Origin: Clostridia bacterium
GTDB taxonomy: Bacteria > Bacillota > Clostridia > TANB77 > CAG-508
Assembly: GCA_017536685.1 (NCBI GenBank)
Contig: JAFXGW010000024.1
Location: forward strand, 1,315-65,314
Length of the DNA: 64,000 bases
Direction of reading: 5' to 3'
Below, piece by piece: positions 58,421-64,000 of the stretch; position 1 is the first letter of the stretch, and the number at the start of each line of letters is the position of its first letter. The notes under the pieces are model-generated. The model did not search any database. It had not been told where the DNA came from and saw only the letters and a program-made list of their open reading frames with translations. Both the position numbers and the translations under genes were made by a program.

Positions 58421-59606
58421 CTATTAACCAATCTAATGCATTTCTAACTATTATTCCATTTTCATTAGATAGAGGCATTTTATCTAATGTTAAAATTATT
58501 TTTGTATAATTATCAGGTATTCTTTCTAAAGAATTTAATTCTCTTGTTAATATTTTATTTTCATTATCTCGTAATGTTTCGCAAACTTGAACATATATTC
58601 TTCCCTCACTATTTAGAGCAACGAAATCAACTTCGTATTCATCTACTTTTCCTATATAAACGTCATATCCACGTCTTAATAATTCTAAATATATTATATT
58701 TTCTAAAATATGACCTCTATCACCAAGTTTTCTTCCTAGCATAAAATATCTTAGTCCTAAATCTGAAACATAATATTTTTCACCAGTTTTTAAATATTGT
58801 TTTCCTTTTACATCATATCTAGAAGCTTTATATAAGAAGAATGATTCCATAAAACTTTCTAGATATCTTTCAACAGTTCTTACATTTATGCTTCTTCCAT
58901 CACTAGTCATAGTGTTTGCAATATTATTACTTGATAATAAGTTACCAATATTATCTAAAGCAAATGTAGCAACGCTTTTAAGCATTGATTCATCTGAAAT
59001 TCCTTTTCTAATCATTACATCTTTTATAATAACATCATTAAATAAAGTTCCCAAGTATCTACTTACTTCATCTTCTTCTAATTGTGTTGTATATGGGAAA
59101 GAACCCAAAGATATATATTCATTATATAATGTTTCTAAATCAGTTGTATCTTTTGAAGATATAAATTCTTTAAAAGATAAAGGAAGCATTTTTATTTCTA
59201 CATATCTTCCAGTTAGTAATGTTGAAAGTTCAGATGATAAAAGTTTGGCATTAGAACCAGTTATATATAAGTCAATATTTTTATTTAAGTATAAACTATC
59301 AGCAACTTTTTGAAATTCTGGAATTATTTGGATTTCATCTATGAATATATAATTTTTTTTATCTTCTAATAAATTTTCGGTTATATAGTTATATAAATCC
59401 ATATAATTTTGTATGAAGTTGTATTTCAAATCTTCTAAATTTATACTTATTATTTGAGAACTATCTATACCACTTTGAAGTAAATATTCTTTGAAAAAAT
59501 TCATTAATGTACTTTTACCACATCTTCTAATTCCTGTGATTATTTTAATTAAATCTTTGTCTTTAAATTTAATTAATTCATTTATATAATTTGGTCTATC
59601 TATCAT
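58413..59606 (-). CDS. AAA+ ATPase with DUF4143 C-terminal domain (COG1373-like)
   Basis: 397 aa with Walker A GIRRCGKSTL and Walker B YIFIDEIQ. The C-terminal region is typical of the family. Confidence 0.8.
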   Translation of the reverse strand: MIDRPNYINELIKFKDKDLIKIITGIRRCGKSTLMNFFKEYLLQSGIDSSQIISINLEDLKYNFIQNYMDLYNYITENLLEDKKNYIFIDEIQIIPEFQKVADSLYLNKNIDLYITGSNAKLLSSELSTLLTGRYVEIKMLPLSFKEFISSKDTTDLETLYNEYISLGSFPYTTQLEEDEVSRYLGTLFNDVIIKDVMIRKGISDESMLKSVATFALDNIGNLLSSNNIANTMTSDGRSINVRTVERYLESFMESFFLYKASRYDVKGKQYLKTGEKYYVSDLGLRYFMLGRKLGDRGHILENIIYLELLRRGYDVYIGKVDEYEVDFVALNSEGRIYVQVCETLRDNENKILTRELNSLERIPDNYTKIILTLDKMPLSNENGIIVRNALDWLIDK

Positions 59607-59656
59607 AAAATCAACCTCCTATACATATATGATACAATTATAACACAAAAAAGTCA

Positions 59657-59683
59657 AGTTTTTGTATTACCAATACAAAAACT
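59657..59683. promoter_or_regulatory. 27-bp perfect palindrome (candidate operator) upstream of the ATPase gene
   Basis: AGTTTTTGTATT-acc-AATACAAAAACT. An extra half-site TTTTTGTATTA lies at 59699-59709. Confidence 0.4.
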
Positions 59684-59919
59684 TTGTTAAATAAATATTT
59701 TTTGTATTATTATATTCTGATTTATAAATTATATTCATAAAGTTGACTTACAATGTTTATTATAAAGAAATATTGCAGATAATTTCATCTTTGCAAAATA
59801 TAAGTTTATCTTAGAAATAACAGTATTTATCTTTAAAACACAGTATATTATTGAATAAGCTAAATCTTGATACTATAATTAAATAAAGATATTTTTGTGT
59901 TATTAAAGGAGGCGATATT

Positions 59920-60282
59920 ATGAATAAATTAAATAAAATTTTATTAATAATAATTGTTATATTAACAGTTTTATTGATTTTTTCAATAAATAGATGTTTC
60001 TACTTTGCTAAATCTGGTGACAAAGCAATTATAGATGTGATGGAATTAATTGAAGTAAATAATAAACTTGAAAATGATTTGAGTAGTTTAAAAGAAGATA
60101 TGCAAGAAGACGCTGAATATAGTTATGAAACATCAATTATCTATGAAGAAGCAGGAATAAAAGTAACCAGTGACGATGAAGGATTTTATACTGTAACTGA
60201 CACAATTAATAATAAAATCTTAAAAAAAGATTTTAAGATAGAAATGAATGATGATTGGACCTATAAAGTAATAGAACGATAA
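59920..60282 (+). CDS. Small membrane-anchored protein (120 aa)
   Basis: SD AAGGAGG upstream and an N-terminal TM helix. First gene of the LytTR operon. Confidence 0.6.
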   Translation: MNKLNKILLIIIVILTVLLIFSINRCFYFAKSGDKAIIDVMELIEVNNKLENDLSSLKEDMQEDAEYSYETSIIYEEAGIKVTSDDEGFYTVTDTINNKILKKDFKIEMNDDWTYKVIER

Positions 60283-60297
60283 GGTGGGGGATATGAA

Positions 60298-60759
60298 ATG
60301 GGAATAAATATTATTACTAATATTTCAGATGAATTTAAAGAAACTAAAATAACTATAGAAGCGCCAAATCTGTCAAAAGAGGTACAAGATATTCTTAATT
60401 ATATTGAAAATTCAAATGGTCAACTTAGTCAAATTATAGCAAGTAAAGATAACAAAATACATTTTATTGAATTGAAAAATATAATTTGTTTTTTTAGTGA
60501 AGATAAGTATAACTATTTAAGAACCAAAGAGGACACATACAAAATAAAATATAAATTATATGAATTAGAAGAATTATTAAATACACAAAATTTTATAAGG
60601 ATTTCTAAATCTTGTATTATTAATATAGAGCAAGTTAAATATTTTAATATAGGAATTTTAAATACAATTATAGTTGAATTAAAAGACAATACAAAAGAGA
60701 CTGTAACAAAAAAGTATTTTAAACAAATAATGAACTTATTAAAAGAGAGGGGGATTTAA
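60298..60759 (+). CDS. LytTR-domain DNA-binding protein (no receiver domain)
   Basis: 153 aa with the pattern IHFIELKNIICFFSEDKYNYLRTKEDTYKIKYKLYELEELL..QNFIRISKSCIINIEQV. Confidence 0.8.
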   Translation: MGINIITNISDEFKETKITIEAPNLSKEVQDILNYIENSNGQLSQIIASKDNKIHFIELKNIICFFSEDKYNYLRTKEDTYKIKYKLYELEELLNTQNFIRISKSCIINIEQVKYFNIGILNTIIVELKDNTKETVTKKYFKQIMNLLKERGI

Positions 60760-60760
60760 A

Positions 60761-61444
60761 ATGAAAAAAAGTTTAATAAAGATAATTAAAACCCTAATAA
60801 TGCTAATAATTTCAATATTAATTATTTATTTAATTCTTACTTTAAATAGATTTTTATTTTGGTGCAATAGAAATCAAATATTATTGTTTAATAATAACAT
60901 TTCACCAGAATATATCTTAGATAATGTAGATATAAATGCAATTAATTCTTTAGGAGCAAATATAGAAGATTTTGCAAATACATTAGATGAAAGCAAATTA
61001 AATGTAGAAGCTTTTAAAGGAGATGGAAATTTTACTTTTACTAAAGATGGAAAAACTTATTCTTTTGCTGAATACTATAATTCAATAGGTTTTTCTGTAT
61101 GGACTTATTTATCTAGTGAATTTCAAGCAATATCATTGTTGTATGTAGATATTGCAATATTATGGGGAATTATATTAACTGTATTTTATATTATTGCCTC
61201 AAACGAAAAAATAAATTATAATACAAAGTTTGTAATAGGATACTTTGTAATCATGATTTTTATAGTTCAAATGTATGGATATTTAAAAGGAATTTTCTTT
61301 GGTTTTATTGATTCAATAAAATATATGCCAGCATTTTATATTATTTATACAATAGCTTTTATCATAATATATTATATAAATCGTAAAAAATATAAAGAAA
61401 TGATTAATGGTTTAAACAATACTATTAAGGAGAAAAATATATGA
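60761..61444 (+). CDS. Polytopic membrane protein, partner of the LytTR regulator
   Basis: 227 aa with several TM helices. It begins 1 nt after the LytTR stop. Confidence 0.6.
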   Translation: MKKSLIKIIKTLIMLIISILIIYLILTLNRFLFWCNRNQILLFNNNISPEYILDNVDINAINSLGANIEDFANTLDESKLNVEAFKGDGNFTFTKDGKTYSFAEYYNSIGFSVWTYLSSEFQAISLLYVDIAILWGIILTVFYIIASNEKINYNTKFVIGYFVIMIFIVQMYGYLKGIFFGFIDSIKYMPAFYIIYTIAFIIIYYINRKKYKEMINGLNNTIKEKNI

Positions 61445-61647
61445 AGAATTTAAGTAAGATAATTGTTGTAATATTATTTATTGTAGTAACAATAATGTTT
61501 ATATTATGTATCAATTTACAAAAAGAAATTTGGAATAATCAAGAAACTATAAAACATTATCAAGAAGATCAACAACGACAAGCTAGAGAGATTTTTAATT
61601 TAACAGTAGAAATTCAGGAATTGAAAAAAAGTAATAATAACATATAG
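61441..61647 (+). CDS. Small membrane-anchored coiled-coil protein (68 aa)
   Basis: Overlaps the previous gene via ATGA. N-terminal TM helix. Confidence 0.5.
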   Translation: MKNLSKIIVVILFIVVTIMFILCINLQKEIWNNQETIKHYQEDQQRQAREIFNLTVEIQELKKSNNNI

Positions 61648-61810
61648 AAAACTTGATATAAAGTTATTTACTAAGTTAACTATATAGTTTTTATAATAAA
61701 ATATACTTAAATAAAAAAGATAAGATTATCTGTCTTCTAGTGACTTCAAACAAACTGAAAATGCTTGGTACAAGCGATTATTAGATTTTAGGATTAACTA
61801 TCGGATCCAG

Positions 61811-61841
61811 AAAAGATAAGTTGAAATACTTATCTTTTTTT
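61811..61841 (+). terminator. Intrinsic terminator of the LytTR operon
   Basis: AAAAGATAAGT/ACTTATCTTTT stem followed by a T7 run. Confidence 0.8.
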
Positions 61842-61848
61842 GTTTATG

Positions 61849-61874
61849 TGTAACTTTTTTTGAAAAATAAGACA
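61849..61874 (+). promoter_or_regulatory. Possible ECF-type autoregulated promoter
   Basis: TGTAAC at 61849-61854, a 16-nt spacer, then GACA at 61871-61874. This resembles the AAC...CGAC/GAC class of ECF promoters. Confidence 0.3.
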
Positions 61875-61911
61875 TTATATTGTATAAGATATCTTATAAA
61901 GGAGCCAAAAT

Positions 61912-62442
61912 ATGCAAAATTCAAAAACGATAGAAGAATATATGAATGCAAATAAGTTAGATTTGGAAATGATCGTAAATGATTATACACCATATATAAA
62001 AACAATTATTGAAAATGCTGTTGGAGAAGTTTTAACATATGAAGATAAAGAAGAAATGATAACAGATACATTTTTTATTATTTGGAAAAATCAAGACAAG
62101 ATATTTGTTTCTGTAAGTTCATATATTGCTGGAATTGTAAGAAATTTAATAAGAGAAAAACTAAGAAAAAAGAAGGTTACATATGATATTTCTGAATATG
62201 AAAATCTTGTAGAACTTTCAAAAATAGAATTATTTGAATCTGAAAGAGATGAAATAGAAGATATAGAAAAGTGTTTTAAGAATTTAAATAAGATAGATAA
62301 AGAGATTATAACTATGTTTTATTATTCATCTAAAACAATAATGGAAATTGCAAAAGAAGTAAATCTTTCAGTAATAAATGTTAAAACCAGACTTCATAGA
62401 ATAAGAAAGAAAATAAGAAAAGATCTTGGGGTAGGTGAGTAA
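61912..62442 (+). CDS. ECF-family RNA polymerase sigma factor
   Basis: 176 aa with region 2 (TDTFFIIWKN) and a region 4 HTH (SKTIMEIAKEVNLSVINVKTRLHRIRKKI). Confidence 0.85.
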   Translation: MQNSKTIEEYMNANKLDLEMIVNDYTPYIKTIIENAVGEVLTYEDKEEMITDTFFIIWKNQDKIFVSVSSYIAGIVRNLIREKLRKKKVTYDISEYENLVELSKIELFESERDEIEDIEKCFKNLNKIDKEIITMFYYSSKTIMEIAKEVNLSVINVKTRLHRIRKKIRKDLGVGE

Positions 62443-62444
62443 TT

Positions 62445-63782
62445 ATGGAAAAAGAAATTATGGAAAAATTAAAGTTAAAAATTGCTATTTATGAAATGAA
62501 AGAAGAAGCGAGAGTTAGTAAGATTAAAAAGAGAAAACTCATAAATAAAAAATTAGGAATAGCAGCTTGTGCTTGTGTGATTCTAACTTCCGGGATTGTA
62601 TTTGCAAAAGATATAGAAAAATTTATAAAAGATAAAATTCATTTAGGAAAAGGTGTTGAAACAGCAATAGAAAATGGATATATTGTTAAACCTGATGATG
62701 AGTATACTTTTTGTAATGTTAAAGTGATAAATAAAGAGGGTAAAGAAGTAGAAGATATAAAGCTAGGAGTTAAGGTAGATAGTTATTTAATTGATAATTC
62801 TAATTTAAATATAGAAATTAAATTTAAATATGATGAATGTTTAAATGACATCGTAAATATAAATAATTTACACACTATTATGTTAGAAGACTTAATAATA
62901 ATAGATGATGAAAAACGAGTTTTATATGATGGTGGCGTTGGCAATAAAGAAATTTTTGAAAAGTATTGTAAAGAAAATAATTTAAACTATACTTTTGGAA
63001 ATTGTAATGAAAATTACTTAAATAGCGGTTTAAATACATTTGAATCACCAGAAACTTGTTTGAAAAATGAAAAATCATATATATATAATTTTTATGTAGA
63101 AGATGAAAATTATCCTAAATCAAAAAAAATAAATCTAATTTTTACCCAAATATCATTTAATGAATTTTCTGATGAAAATGTTATTGTAAATGGTAATTGG
63201 AATATTGAATTAGATATTCCAGAAAAAATGTACAATAATGTTGAAGGAAATTATAGTGTAATAAAATGTGAAAATGATAAGTTTGATGTTTATGCAGCAA
63301 AGCTTACTGAAACAGGCTTTGAATTGGGATTAAAAATAAATGGATTAGAAAATCCTGAATATTCTGTAGAATTAGCTGAGGAAGAAAGAAGATTTCATGA
63401 AAGTATTAGCGTAGGTCAAGAATATGGATCAGGACTTAGAATTACAGATGAATCCAAAACAAAATTCTATAAGGAATCACCATATATAGAATTATATGAA
63501 AACTATTACACAAAACATTTTCCAACTAGTATTAAAGCCGTTAGACTTTATATGCCATGGGTTGAAGAAACTGAAGGTTGTTATATTCAAACTTCTGACG
63601 GGAATAAATTCTATATTTCTGAATCTGGTTGTGCAAATCAAAGAAATAGTTTTAATGAAGATAATACTTATGAATTTTACAATAAATTTGATATGACTAA
63701 ATATGATGCTACGGATTATATTTCAGCTGTTATTGAATTATATGGTTCTCCTGTAAAAATATTTCTAAAAAGAACAAATTAG
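62445..63782 (+). CDS. Anti-sigma factor-like single-pass membrane protein with a large extracytoplasmic domain
   Basis: Begins 2 nt after the sigma gene. It has a short cytoplasmic N-terminus, a TM helix (LGIAACACVILTSGIVFA) and a roughly 380-aa external domain. Confidence 0.6.
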   Translation: MEKEIMEKLKLKIAIYEMKEEARVSKIKKRKLINKKLGIAACACVILTSGIVFAKDIEKFIKDKIHLGKGVETAIENGYIVKPDDEYTFCNVKVINKEGKEVEDIKLGVKVDSYLIDNSNLNIEIKFKYDECLNDIVNINNLHTIMLEDLIIIDDEKRVLYDGGVGNKEIFEKYCKENNLNYTFGNCNENYLNSGLNTFESPETCLKNEKSYIYNFYVEDENYPKSKKINLIFTQISFNEFSDENVIVNGNWNIELDIPEKMYNNVEGNYSVIKCENDKFDVYAAKLTETGFELGLKINGLENPEYSVELAEEERRFHESISVGQEYGSGLRITDESKTKFYKESPYIELYENYYTKHFPTSIKAVRLYMPWVEETEGCYIQTSDGNKFYISESGCANQRNSFNEDNTYEFYNKFDMTKYDATDYISAVIELYGSPVKIFLKRTN

Positions 63783-63793
63783 AAATATGATAG

Positions 63794-63930
63794 ACTGTCT
63801 TCAAAAAAATAGCTTGGAAGGCAGTTGAAAAAATAATATATGCTTACAGCATGAATATATTATTAGATTTTTTTGAGTTGAAAATGTAAGAATGACTCCC
63901 AATTTTTGGAGTCATTTCTAATATTTATTT
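63794..63930. repeat. Copy B of the roughly 140-bp two-hairpin repeat
   Basis: Collinear with 58282-58420. Hairpin 1 is CTGTCTTC/GAAGGCAG and keeps pairing as U-G on the plus strand. Hairpin 2 is TGACTCCC/GGGAGTCA. Confidence 0.7.
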
Positions 63931-63950
63931 AACTATAGTTATTTAATCTG

Positions 63951-64000
63951 TTATAAAATCATGTTTCTAATTTCTTTTTGTTTTGAATACTTTATATTTG
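63951..64000 (-). CDS. Possible 3' end of a second DUF4143-type ATPase gene (runs off the window end)
   Basis: The minus strand reads ...NIKYSKQKEIRNMIL-stop, which resembles the ...IIVRNALDWLIDK end of the 58413 gene. It is followed by repeat copy B. Only 16 codons are visible. Confidence 0.25.
   Translation of the reverse strand, partial: NIKYSKQKEIRNMIL

Overview
Replication-origin region of a very AT-rich, spore-forming Firmicute. It looks Clostridia-like: TGA is used as a stop and spoIIR is present. Core backbone, in order: jag-yidC-yidD-rnpA-rpmH on the minus strand, then a bipartite oriC around dnaA, then dnaN-(small ORF)-recF-remB-gyrB, an insert, and gyrA. After gyrA come an S8 peptidase/YkgJ pair, a dnaD-like/dnaC-like loader pair, pcrA, an FAD oxidoreductase, an ABC-F ATPase, PiT/DUF47, tex, an MBL hydrolase, murA and spoIIR. 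The window ends with a UDP-sugar pyrophosphorylase::phosphohexomutase fusion, a tRNA Lys-Glu-Thr operon, a DUF4143 ATPase, a LytTR operon and an ECF sigma/anti-sigma pair. Main unusual points: (1) gyrB and gyrA are separated by an 8.7-kb extremely AT-rich insert carrying a two-component system and half of a type IV secretion (T4SS) gene set. The other half (VirD4-VirB2-VirB6-VirB3-like) lies 7 kb away on the opposite strand, beyond gyrA and the dnaD/dnaC-like pair. No integrase, relaxase or transposase is visible anywhere in the window. (2) Both T4SS ATPases and two other accessory genes appear split by frameshifts, and every window in which the shift must lie contains an A/T homopolymer run. 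All core genes are intact. (3) There is a candidate type I toxin-antitoxin-like module: a 37-aa hydrophobic peptide plus a convergent small RNA. (4) Several single-gene islets are G+C-richer than their neighbours; most have their own near-consensus promoter and terminator. (5) A roughly 140-bp two-hairpin repeat follows two DUF4143-type ATPase gene ends. (6) A possible read-through hairpin sits immediately upstream of the dnaD-like start. All calls rest on reading the translated ORFs and the DNA by eye. No database search or computation was run.
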